Source of the DNA: a virus
Lineage: Duplodnaviria; Caudoviricetes
Reading direction: 5' to 3' (one strand)
Length of the DNA: 28,965 nucleotides
IMG/VR virus record: IMGVR_UViG_3300032259_000016
Coordinates: 1-28,965 of that record
Numbering within the stretch: the first letter of the stretch is position 1; each line of letters begins with the position of its first letter. The translations under genes were made by a program, and so were the position numbers. Below are positions 16,534 through 24,880 of this stretch, piece by piece. The notes beneath the pieces were generated by a model. That model saw only the letters and a list, made by a program, of their open reading frames with translations. It ran no database searches and was not told where the DNA came from.

Positions 16534-17996
16534 TAAAAACCTCCCCTAACAACCTGCAAGTTCATAGCGCCAAATGAAAGTTGTTTGTCTGAAGTATTGG
16601 TAAAAATCATCTGGACTGTGTTTCCGCCGCCAAAGAGTGGCAGTCTTATTTCTGTATACGAGACTTCATCAATAAATGCAAGAGCGTCCCAATCTGTTAC
16701 AGCATCTATGTAAACTATACTACCTGGCGTCACATCAAAATCAATGTACTGTTCTGCCGGTGAATCTTTCTGATCATAAATAGTCTGCAATGAAGCTGTT
16801 GTTGATTCAAGAGGATAAGCCAATAGCTGCATAATCTTAGGATAAACCTTAGCTATCTTTGATATGATTATGTGCGCTGTTTCCCACCTGTAGACCGGAT
16901 TAGTCCCTGCAAAATCATAGCCTGAATCATATGTATAAAGAAAACCCGTACCGCAAAGCCGCAAAGCTCCGTCTGCCGTTGCAAACATTCCAAGGATATC
17001 ACCACCGACCATACGGCCCCATGCTTTCCATGTATAGCTGTAAATCCTTACTATCCCATTAATAAGAAATGCTAACCATCCGTATTTAGGGTAATGAGCT
17101 ACAGAAGTATTCCCTCCTGCCGCAATGTCAGCCCTTAAATCTGGGTCTATCTTTTCTGATAGGTCAGCAATGTTCAGGCTTCCAGTTGTAACCGTCTGCC
17201 TTAGTGACTTAATGCCCGATCCGTAAATAAAAGCCAAATCAGAACCATAGGAAACAATAGCGTCACTGTTGATAACACCAGCGCCCTCTATCTTCTGAAC
17301 AATAGCAAAGTCTCCTGAAGCTGTAGGGTCTGAACCGGAATAAATAACAACATGATTCCTGAAGAAAAAAACCAGTAAGTCAATATAGGTCACAATGTCA
17401 AGAAGCTCATCACCCCTTCCCAGTACATATTTGAAGTCAATATATCCGGCATCTGCAGCTGTAGTATAGTCTTCTGCTGCGTTCAAGGCTGAATGCGTGG
17501 CAAGCATCTTATCCGTTCTCTCGATTATCCAAACCCTGTTTTTATGGACATGAGACTTAAATCCAGTTGCTGGCGGTGTTCCTCCAAGGTTTGAAACTGT
17601 AGCGCCATCATACTTCATCATGGCATCAACACCATTTGACATAATACAAAGATCGTTAATTTGGCTGAAGTAAACTTTTGCACTGGCATCAAGCCCTGTC
17701 TTGATAGCAGACAGTTCGCCCGTTCCAAGAACCTCATAGATGGTTCCGTTGCCTGCCGTAAGCTCTATGATAGTCCCATCTGACTGCTTAAATTCAAAAC
17801 CTGACAATAGCCCATCACTCACATCAGAACTATTAACCTTGATATATCCAGGAATCTTAGAAACGGCTCCATCAGAAAAAACATGGCAGTTCTGTAGAAG
17901 CTTTGAATATTTTGGCTTCATATCCGAAGCAGGGTATATAAAAGCTTCTCCTCCGGTAAAATCATCATAAGGAACATGTCCGGCTCTATTGCTCAT
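16533..17996 (-). CDS. Tail nozzle/tubular protein B (P22 gp10-like) beta-propeller protein
   Basis: DFTGG N-terminus, beta-rich 487 aa, position after the adaptor; start 17996 by TGATG overlap. Confidence 0.7.
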   Translation of the reverse strand: MSNRAGHVPYDDFTGGEAFIYPASDMKPKYSKLLQNCHVFSDGAVSKIPGYIKVNSSDVSDGLLSGFEFKQSDGTIIELTAGNGTIYEVLGTGELSAIKTGLDASAKVYFSQINDLCIMSNGVDAMMKYDGATVSNLGGTPPATGFKSHVHKNRVWIIERTDKMLATHSALNAAEDYTTAADAGYIDFKYVLGRGDELLDIVTYIDLLVFFFRNHVVIYSGSDPTASGDFAIVQKIEGAGVINSDAIVSYGSDLAFIYGSGIKSLRQTVTTGSLNIADLSEKIDPDLRADIAAGGNTSVAHYPKYGWLAFLINGIVRIYSYTWKAWGRMVGGDILGMFATADGALRLCGTGFLYTYDSGYDFAGTNPVYRWETAHIIISKIAKVYPKIMQLLAYPLESTTASLQTIYDQKDSPAEQYIDFDVTPGSIVYIDAVTDWDALAFIDEVSYTEIRLPLFGGGNTVQMIFTNTSDKQLSFGAMNLQVVRGGF

Positions 17997-18901
17997 CAGA
18001 TAGCCTCCACATCGCCCCAATTAGATTCTGAATTTGTACCCATCGAAAGTCCAAGCTTTGCCTGAAATAAACTTTGATCAAGTCCGGCACTATCTCCCTG
18101 ATTATCAAGAGCAAGATATTTAGCCCCAAGCTCAAGAACATCACCATCAAGGAGCGAAACATCAGTTCCACTGATAAGCCTTTCGGGTTTTTGTAACAAC
18201 TCAACGTCAACCGTATATATTGCATCGGGTGTGGCTGCAAGCTCCACAACCAAGGCCCTACCTGCCCTCCCGTAAATACGGTAAATAAGTGGCTGTGCCT
18301 GGGTCGTCCCCTGGTTCCTTTTGTATGCCCTGAAATCCTTATCAGGATATCTTACTAAGGGCTGGGATGTTCCTATTTGAAGGTGTCTAAGGGTATCGAC
18401 CTTTGAAGTATTGGAAGGATAAAGAGTGTAGGCGCTGATACCCACAACTGTATTAAAGGAGAAGCTCAACTTCAACTCATCAAGCACCCCTGCTTCCATT
18501 ATTATATCTTGAGTTTTGTTCAGGAATGACAGTATCAATGAGGCATGGGCTTCGGCGATAGTTACAGCCTGCGGCATCCTCAATTCTTTCTGAACATTCT
18601 TGACCATATCAAGTGCAGTCTTGCCCCTTGATGGAGAATAAATGTCCTCCGTGCTTACAATCTGAGCATCAGCACTATCATAAACATAGATAATGTATAG
18701 TCCACCCTCAGAAGGGGAAGAAGAGCCGCTTGCAGTGTAGGTTCCGGCATCACCTTCCGTTAAGGCAAGATCACAGTCTGTTGTTGCGGCTGCAATCCAG
18801 GCCGTTCCAACTTCATCCCACCAATAGCTATCGGCTTTGCGCTGTACACGGGCATAAAGCCCGGGCTGCCCTTCTAAGCCCCTATGAGTAATGGCATACA
18901 T
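17996..18901 (-). CDS. Head-tail adaptor/tail tubular protein A with extra N-terminal domain
   Basis: C-terminal two thirds TALDMVKNVQKEL...FNTVVGISAYTLYP...TPDAIYTV...LELGAKY fits adaptor proteins; synteny. Confidence 0.65.
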   Translation of the reverse strand: MYAITHRGLEGQPGLYARVQRKADSYWWDEVGTAWIAAATTDCDLALTEGDAGTYTASGSSSPSEGGLYIIYVYDSADAQIVSTEDIYSPSRGKTALDMVKNVQKELRMPQAVTIAEAHASLILSFLNKTQDIIMEAGVLDELKLSFSFNTVVGISAYTLYPSNTSKVDTLRHLQIGTSQPLVRYPDKDFRAYKRNQGTTQAQPLIYRIYGRAGRALVVELAATPDAIYTVDVELLQKPERLISGTDVSLLDGDVLELGAKYLALDNQGDSAGLDQSLFQAKLGLSMGTNSESNWGDVEAI

Positions 18902-18909
18902 AATTTATA

Positions 18910-19458
18910 TTATCTCCTTTGAAAAGGGATTCTCTGGGCATCCCTGGCAACCAATTCCATGCCCTCTTTATTCTCAAGCTCTCTCTGCTCGTAAATGGTT
19001 TGCTTCGCATCATCAAGAACCCGTACAATATCAAGGGGAACTTTTACCCATTTATCCCTCTTTATCTGATAGACATATCCACCGATGGAAGGAGTAACAT
19101 CATCCTTCTCTGTTTCAGTGGAAGGGATCAAGACCTCCACTTTTTCCTGACTGTTAAGAAGCTCCTTTATGGTCTTAGTCCTTTGTGACTTTGCAGGGAA
19201 TTCTTTGACTGCGCCCTTGTTCTCTCCAAGTACCTTCGGCTTTACCTTCTCAACCTCGCTGGGTACAGGCTTTTCAGCCTCAATCAGGGCAAGCGCCTTG
19301 CCTCTCATGTCAGAACTGATATTAGGAATTCCGGTCAAGGCTTCAAGGTTTTCTACCTTTGGTAGTCCGTCTATAGTAAATAGCCCTTTATTCTCTTGGT
19401 CAAGTTCTTTTATTGCCTCGGCAATAATCTCTATTGACTCCTTCTCGCTTTCGCTCAT
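18910..19458 (-). CDS. Phage hypothetical protein downstream of the capsid genes
   Basis: KVEVLIP...GGYVYQIKRDKWVKVP...VL pattern recalled from N4-gp56-type head modules; GGAGG Shine-Dalgarno. Confidence 0.7.
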   Translation of the reverse strand: MSESEKESIEIIAEAIKELDQENKGLFTIDGLPKVENLEALTGIPNISSDMRGKALALIEAEKPVPSEVEKVKPKVLGENKGAVKEFPAKSQRTKTIKELLNSQEKVEVLIPSTETEKDDVTPSIGGYVYQIKRDKWVKVPLDIVRVLDDAKQTIYEQRELENKEGMELVARDAQRIPFQRR

Positions 19459-19481
19459 CTGTCTTTCCTCCAGTTAGTGTT

Positions 19482-19507
19482 AAAAGGTAAAGGGGGATTG
19501 CTCCCCC
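19482..19507 (-). terminator. Rho-independent terminator after the decoration gene
   Basis: GGGGGA-GCAA-TCCCCC followed by TTTACCTTTT. Confidence 0.7.
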
Positions 19508-19515
19508 GTTACTTA

Positions 19516-20235
19516 CTATCTATACGCCTTGTAAAGCAGTGTTTCACCACTGACATTCACATCTGTATCGGCTCCGATGGTAAAACCATCACTGTACCCG
19601 GCTTCGGTTCCAACGTACTGGCTAATACCGTTTGCAGTAATCTTCTCTTCACCTCCAAGTGAGGATAAGCTGTAAAAGGTATCCGTAAGGTGTCCAGCGC
19701 TAAGCAGGTCCGTACTGGCATCAAAGTCAGTTGATCCGGCTGCAACGGCAAGCCTTAGATATCCTATTGCTGTTTCGCCTGCTGGAGTGGAAGGAATTAC
19801 CGCATTGCCTGCACCATCTGCAATAGCTCCCATTGTCAGAACAGGTGTGCCATCTGCCTGTAACGATACAAGATAACAAGCTTCCTGAACAAGAACGGCA
19901 TCAGCAGCAATATCATGAGTAGTGGCCGTAAAGCCCACTTCTGCTGCTGTCTTGGATTTGAATATTCCTTTGTTGAGGAAAGCAGTGGTGCTTGCTATCC
20001 TGACCTCGGCTGCGCTTGTCGTACCTATCACAAGCCCCGGAGTGGACAGACAAACATTTCCAGCCGCCTTGTGCGCTGAAGCTGCGGCCATACCGTTTTG
20101 CCAATTCATAGAAGGTTTAGCAGGGTTTTCGCTGTCAATATTTACGACCTCTACCCTGTCTGGCAAATAGCCAATTTCTACATTAATTGCTGCGCCGGTT
20201 CCTTCAACCGTGCCTATCGTAATGTCTTCATTCAT
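19516..20235 (-). CDS. Putative capsid decoration/cement protein
   Basis: A/G/T-rich beta protein immediately after the major capsid gene, flanked by terminators. Confidence 0.6.
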   Translation of the reverse strand: MNEDITIGTVEGTGAAINVEIGYLPDRVEVVNIDSENPAKPSMNWQNGMAAASAHKAAGNVCLSTPGLVIGTTSAAEVRIASTTAFLNKGIFKSKTAAEVGFTATTHDIAADAVLVQEACYLVSLQADGTPVLTMGAIADGAGNAVIPSTPAGETAIGYLRLAVAAGSTDFDASTDLLSAGHLTDTFYSLSSLGGEEKITANGISQYVGTEAGYSDGFTIGADTDVNVSGETLLYKAYR

Positions 20236-20260
20236 CTTACTATTCCTCTCTTTCTTGTTT

Positions 20261-20283
20261 AAAGAAGGGGCTTTTCAGCCCCC
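20261..20283 (-). terminator. Hairpin/partial terminator after the major capsid gene
   Basis: GGGGCT-GAAA-AGCCCC followed by TTCTTT. Confidence 0.65.
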
Positions 20284-20289
20284 GGTTAA

Positions 20290-21288
20290 CTACCCTTTGG
20301 CTGCGGTTTCAACTCTAAGCATCCAAAGATCATTGAGGATCACAGTAGCAGTTCTGGTTTTCCAGCCTGCGGTCCCTCTCTGGGCAAGTGGGTCGCTAGA
20401 TGTGGACTGTCCTACGCTATTAAGGTAGGTGCTCACTGCATTCTTTCCGGCAAAAGGAACAAGACCATAAGCATCCTTACCAAAAATAAGAATTGGGTAA
20501 ATATCGGCCTGTGTGCCTGTGGTGCTCATCGTGCTATTCGTTGCGGCTGTGCCACCTGCATCTGCCCAAGGCTCAACGTTATTATCAAAGACAAAACGAA
20601 GCTCACCAATAGCACCGGCCTCACCTTCAACCATTCCCTTTTGTGCCGGATATTCACTAACCGGAACCCAGTCAGTCATTTGCTCAAGGTCGGGCTGCAT
20701 ATCAGAATGACAAACTGCAATATAAGAGGCTGCAATAGGGCTTGTTCCTACGCCTGTGCCGCCCTTGATGTAGCTTGACATTCTTTTTGCTTCCTGTGCC
20801 TTCAAGATACGGATAACGCTTCTAAGGTCGCCCCTCGTTACAACATTATCAACTGTAACCCTTGAGGTCTTGCTGTCGGCATAAAGTACATTCGTTCCGG
20901 CCTTAAGCACTCCTGCTCTCAGTACATCAAGAGTTTCTCCGGCCTGCTCACCAAGGATATCAACTGTTTCCTGAACAACCGGATCTTCGTGGTTGTCAAC
21001 AATAACATCAGTATGTGTCACGTAATCACCATATTGCTTGGTAGCAACGACAATATCTGTTTTGGTGAGAATTTTGCCTGTTGGCGTAACACCCTCAGTC
21101 AAGGGAGTGGTGGCATTTGCAAGCTTGTTGTAACGCCTAAAGCTCACCGATAGACCTGTCTTTTTCGGCAACGGCCTTGACTGTCCAAATTGCCCCAAAA
21201 TATTATTGGGCATTGCTCTTTTGAGCAATCTTCTGTCTACATGCACCTGTGTTCGTGGTGTAATGTCAGAATATTTCATTGTAGCCAT
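20290..21288 (-). CDS. Major capsid protein, N4-gp56 family
   Basis: FGQSRPLPKK...FRRY...PLTEGVTP...QYG, GEAGAIGELRF, DIYPILIFGKDAYG and SDPLAQRGTAGWK...ILNDLWMLRVE. Confidence 0.93.
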   Translation of the reverse strand: MATMKYSDITPRTQVHVDRRLLKRAMPNNILGQFGQSRPLPKKTGLSVSFRRYNKLANATTPLTEGVTPTGKILTKTDIVVATKQYGDYVTHTDVIVDNHEDPVVQETVDILGEQAGETLDVLRAGVLKAGTNVLYADSKTSRVTVDNVVTRGDLRSVIRILKAQEAKRMSSYIKGGTGVGTSPIAASYIAVCHSDMQPDLEQMTDWVPVSEYPAQKGMVEGEAGAIGELRFVFDNNVEPWADAGGTAATNSTMSTTGTQADIYPILIFGKDAYGLVPFAGKNAVSTYLNSVGQSTSSDPLAQRGTAGWKTRTATVILNDLWMLRVETAAKG

Positions 21289-21298
21289 CTAACTTCTC

Positions 21299-22222
21299 CT
21301 ATTTTCCGGCCTTCTCTTCTGCCTCTATCTTGTCCCACTCGTCACTATAGGTCCCTTCTGTTTCCTTGGTCTTCAGTAACGGCGAACCAGAACCGGCTCT
21401 CAAGGTCTGGCCATTAGTTAATTTGATATTTTTCTCAGTTTCTTCCTGTGCTCTTATGCGCTCTGCTTCACCAGAACCTTTACTTTTCTTAAACTCGGTA
21501 AGAGCATAGGAAATGTCTTGAGGGTCACTGGACTCAAGAGCCATAAATCTAAGCCCCTGCGTTTGCTTCTCTGCCCACTTAAACCATTCAACATCTCCAT
21601 CTACATTCTTGCCCGTCATGATAGCGTCAAAATCAGGATGATTCTTTACGATCTCCGGCTTTACAACTGTATTGAAATTAAGAAGAGCGGCTTCTTGTGA
21701 GTTATGTGCTTCAGCATCCTTATTGCCTTTCTTGATGGTTTGTACCTCGGTGGTGAGTCCATCAATAGTTTCAAGGAGCTTATCAAAGAGCGGCCCCCCT
21801 TCAGGGTAGTCCTCTTTGAATGCCTTTGCTGCCAACACAAGATCACCGTTCGCTGCATCCGCTTTCTTCTTCTGGTCTTCAACTTCTTTAGCGGTTGCAT
21901 CACCCTTTTCAAAAGCCTCAACTTTTCTCCTGAGTTCTGCATTCTCTTGTGAAACCTTAGTGGAATGAGACTTAGTATCATTCAGAGCTTTGGTCAGTGA
22001 ATCAACATCACCATGAGAATTGGGCTTTTCTTCTTCGCCAGCTTTTTTTTCTGGGGCCTGAATACTCTCTTCTTTCTTTTCTTCAGGTAATCCCTCTTTT
22101 TTCGCTAAGTCCTTATTGCCCTCTTCATCTTCAACCTTGTCCCACTCTTCAGATAAAATCTCCTCCTCGTTAAGTTCTTCGCCTTCGTTCGTTTTTTCCT
22201 CTTCCTTCTTTTCTTCTCCCAT
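21299..22222 (-). CDS. Capsid scaffolding protein
   Basis: Acidic, coiled-coil, HPDF motif, directly upstream of the capsid gene. Confidence 0.75.
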   Translation of the reverse strand: MGEEKKEEEKTNEGEELNEEEILSEEWDKVEDEEGNKDLAKKEGLPEEKKEESIQAPEKKAGEEEKPNSHGDVDSLTKALNDTKSHSTKVSQENAELRRKVEAFEKGDATAKEVEDQKKKADAANGDLVLAAKAFKEDYPEGGPLFDKLLETIDGLTTEVQTIKKGNKDAEAHNSQEAALLNFNTVVKPEIVKNHPDFDAIMTGKNVDGDVEWFKWAEKQTQGLRFMALESSDPQDISYALTEFKKSKGSGEAERIRAQEETEKNIKLTNGQTLRAGSGSPLLKTKETEGTYSDEWDKIEAEEKAGK

Positions 22223-22239
22223 GACACTTCCTCCATCTG

Positions 22240-22296
22240 GGGCCTCTCTTGAGGTAATCCCTATTTATATTTTCCGGGCCTCTACTGAGGTAATCC
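22240..22296 (-). promoter_or_regulatory. Tandem 21-nt hairpin repeats upstream of the scaffold RBS
   Basis: GGATTACCTC-AGTA-GAGGCCC (22296-22276) and GGATTACCTC-AAGA-GAGGCCC (22260-22240). Confidence 0.7.
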
Positions 22297-22298
22297 GG

Positions 22299-22691
22299 TT
22301 ACTTCTTTTTCCTTCTATATTCCTGATCCTTTACAACTTTCCAAATTATGTAGTCTGGATGATCCTCCTTTTCTTTTTTCTTGTTTAAGAAAATACATAC
22401 ATTAATCTTCAGTCCTGCTATTTCAAGGAATCCACCTAAATACACATCCTTGTCTTTACTCTCTTTTTGCCACAAGCCGCCTATCTTCTGGAGTCCCTGT
22501 GAACTTTTAGCCGCTTTTTTACCTGAAAGCCATGCGATATAATCAGGTTGCTTGCCTTTGGCTTTTTTTTCATTCAGGAAAATGTTGATCCTTACCTTTG
22601 CCCCGTCAACCTCAACAATCCCGGTAAAGTAATCATCTCCAGTCTCTTCATGCTCATGCAGCCAGCAAGCCCCTGTTTTAGCTAACGACAT
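22299..22691 (-). CDS. Protein of two tandem DUF736-like domains
   Basis: G(A/G)xW...Y(F/L)xG...I.IFLN.KK....PDYI occurs twice. Confidence 0.7.
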   Translation of the reverse strand: MSLAKTGACWLHEHEETGDDYFTGIVEVDGAKVRINIFLNEKKAKGKQPDYIAWLSGKKAAKSSQGLQKIGGLWQKESKDKDVYLGGFLEIAGLKINVCIFLNKKKEKEDHPDYIIWKVVKDQEYRRKKK

Positions 22692-22901
22692 TTAATCTTC
22701 CTCCTCCGCTTCCTCATCAGCAATCATCTGATCAGGCAGGTCAAGTACCCACTGCAAATCCTCCCTTGCACCCTGAACCTTCCTAAAGGCCGCTTCATCC
22801 TTGGCACAATCATACTCTTTGGCTTTTTTGTTAAAGCGTTCCTCTATTGCAGCCATGAATCTCTTAAAGCTGTGCATTTGTTGTAGTTCGGATACTGACA
22901 T
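22692..22901 (-). CDS. Small portal-adjacent phage protein
   Basis: 69-aa helical ORF with FRKVQG...VLDLP; TAATG coupling to the portal gene. Confidence 0.75.
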   Translation of the reverse strand: MSVSELQQMHSFKRFMAAIEERFNKKAKEYDCAKDEAAFRKVQGAREDLQWVLDLPDQMIADEEAEEED

Positions 22902-24880
22902 TAAATGTCCCTCCCTGGCGTCAAGGGTGATACGTGGGAGGACGCACTTGCCCCCTCTACACCATCAGGAGGGATAACTATATTTTCACGGTTTTGATCT
23001 GGCTGAATACCAATGGCCTCTAGTATCTGCGATTGCTCATTAGGTGTTATAAGTGGGAATAATCTATCTAAGTCCACCATCTCCCTTATGTCTTTACCCT
23101 GTGAACCTCTCTTTGCCATCTCTGCAAAAATTTCCTCAATTTCTTCATCTGTCCTCATTCCGTCAACTTCAAGAATTCTCTCAACTTCCTTCATGAGTTT
23201 AGGCCGGTCCTGCATCATGGCATCCTGTGGATTACTGCCAGTGATTTGAAGGAATCTTAAGATATTTTCAAGCCTGATCTCTTTGGCAATCAATGAATCT
23301 GTGCCAGTGGCTTTTACCTTTACTGGTAAATTAAATCCGCTTTCCATCTCTGTAAACCATGATACAAATGCCTCAACTATAGGCTCAACCCAAAACCTGT
23401 CTATGTTCTTCAAGGCAGGCTTAAGGTTGATATTGACTGCATTCATTAACATGCTCATTCCTGTAGCTGTCTTGTTTAGAAAACTTGCCTGCTCTCCATG
23501 AGTATATTTGGGTATGCCGGTTTCCTCATCGGCAAACCTTTCAAACATCTCAATCATTTCTTTTATCCCATGGGTAACATCGTCAATCTTTACGCTCTTA
23601 ATAACCTCATCAGGAGAGTAATTCCCTTTTGTGTACCAAACCTTACCCGGATAAACTTTATTGTTTTTGGTTCGCTTGGTGTCAACTCTGTCCATGTTGA
23701 TACCAACCATTCCAGCGCCAGACAGGGCTTTATTGTCTATGTAGAGTCTTGCCCCAGAATTAACCATCTTCTGCGAATCCCTCATTGACTCGGCAATGCC
23801 TATTCCATAAATTGTGTGAGGCTTTTTCTTGTAAGGACAAACATAAAACGGCCTACGATTTAAAGGGTTTAGTGCGGCCTTGATAATTACTCCATCAGCG
23901 GCAAGAACAACAAGCCCCTCTACCAATTCCCCTGCCTCAAACTCCATATGTTCGGGGATATCAGCGCCAGCGGCCTTAAGTAGGTCAATATCAACAATGC
24001 CCCAAAACTCCATGACGCTCACTCTCTTGTCTTTAGGGTCGTCATCCCCTATGTAGAGTTCTCCAAGCTGTATATTCCTCTTGTCATTCTCATCATTGAT
24101 AGTTGCTCTGGTGGCTGCAAGCCTGACATTTTCGGCATTATATCCACCCTGATTAGCCAACTTGAGGAACTGGCTTGGAAGTAGCCTTTGAAAATGGATT
24201 TCCGCAATAGAATCCCTTGCCCTCTTTGCATTTATATCAACGTAATATTCCCATAAAGGCATGTGGTCAATAATTGGCACATGAACGGTCTGCTGTCTGT
24301 ACTCAAAAGGATTGATAGAAGGGTCGATCTCTGTAGCAGGAATACCGCCTATCATTCTCTGCGTGGCAACCATTTCTTTCTGAACGTCAACTATGGGTCC
24401 CTTCAGTACTGCCGTGCCAAGTATGGCCAGTTCAAGTACTGCTGAATCAAGAATGTCATCAAGCTCTATCTTTTTGAAATGTCCTTCAAGCTTTAACTTG
24501 AATTTATTTACCTGCTTTTTAATGTCCTCCATGTCTGCATTTTCAGGAAGGTCTATTCCTGAAAGTTCAAAGGGTAGCTTCCCATCACCTGGCAGGGCTG
24601 CATCAATGATCTTTGCATGTGCTGTTTGGCATTTAAGAGGAGTGAGCCGTATAAATATTTTACTCTTACCATCCGCTCCCTCTGTTTCGCTCCTCCAATT
24701 CTTATCGGCTTGGTACTGAGAGAGGAAGTTATACCAGCACTCTTCCCATATTTTTTCTATGGTATTTTGCCTTGCGCTGGCAAAGGACTCAAATATGTCC
24801 TTGCAGTAGCTTACAAGATCGGGATTATCCAACGCCCCACCTGACGCTGCTTTTTGTTTTTCTTCAAATTCAGATCCCAT
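22901..24880 (-). CDS. Portal protein (podovirus/P22-like)
   Basis: 659 aa after TerL; LGTAVLKGP, YGIGIAESMRDSQKMVN and ETGIPKYTHG...TATGMSMLM motifs. Confidence 0.88.
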   Translation of the reverse strand: MGSEFEEKQKAASGGALDNPDLVSYCKDIFESFASARQNTIEKIWEECWYNFLSQYQADKNWRSETEGADGKSKIFIRLTPLKCQTAHAKIIDAALPGDGKLPFELSGIDLPENADMEDIKKQVNKFKLKLEGHFKKIELDDILDSAVLELAILGTAVLKGPIVDVQKEMVATQRMIGGIPATEIDPSINPFEYRQQTVHVPIIDHMPLWEYYVDINAKRARDSIAEIHFQRLLPSQFLKLANQGGYNAENVRLAATRATINDENDKRNIQLGELYIGDDDPKDKRVSVMEFWGIVDIDLLKAAGADIPEHMEFEAGELVEGLVVLAADGVIIKAALNPLNRRPFYVCPYKKKPHTIYGIGIAESMRDSQKMVNSGARLYIDNKALSGAGMVGINMDRVDTKRTKNNKVYPGKVWYTKGNYSPDEVIKSVKIDDVTHGIKEMIEMFERFADEETGIPKYTHGEQASFLNKTATGMSMLMNAVNINLKPALKNIDRFWVEPIVEAFVSWFTEMESGFNLPVKVKATGTDSLIAKEIRLENILRFLQITGSNPQDAMMQDRPKLMKEVERILEVDGMRTDEEIEEIFAEMAKRGSQGKDIREMVDLDRLFPLITPNEQSQILEAIGIQPDQNRENIVIPPDGVEGASASSHVSPLTPGRDI

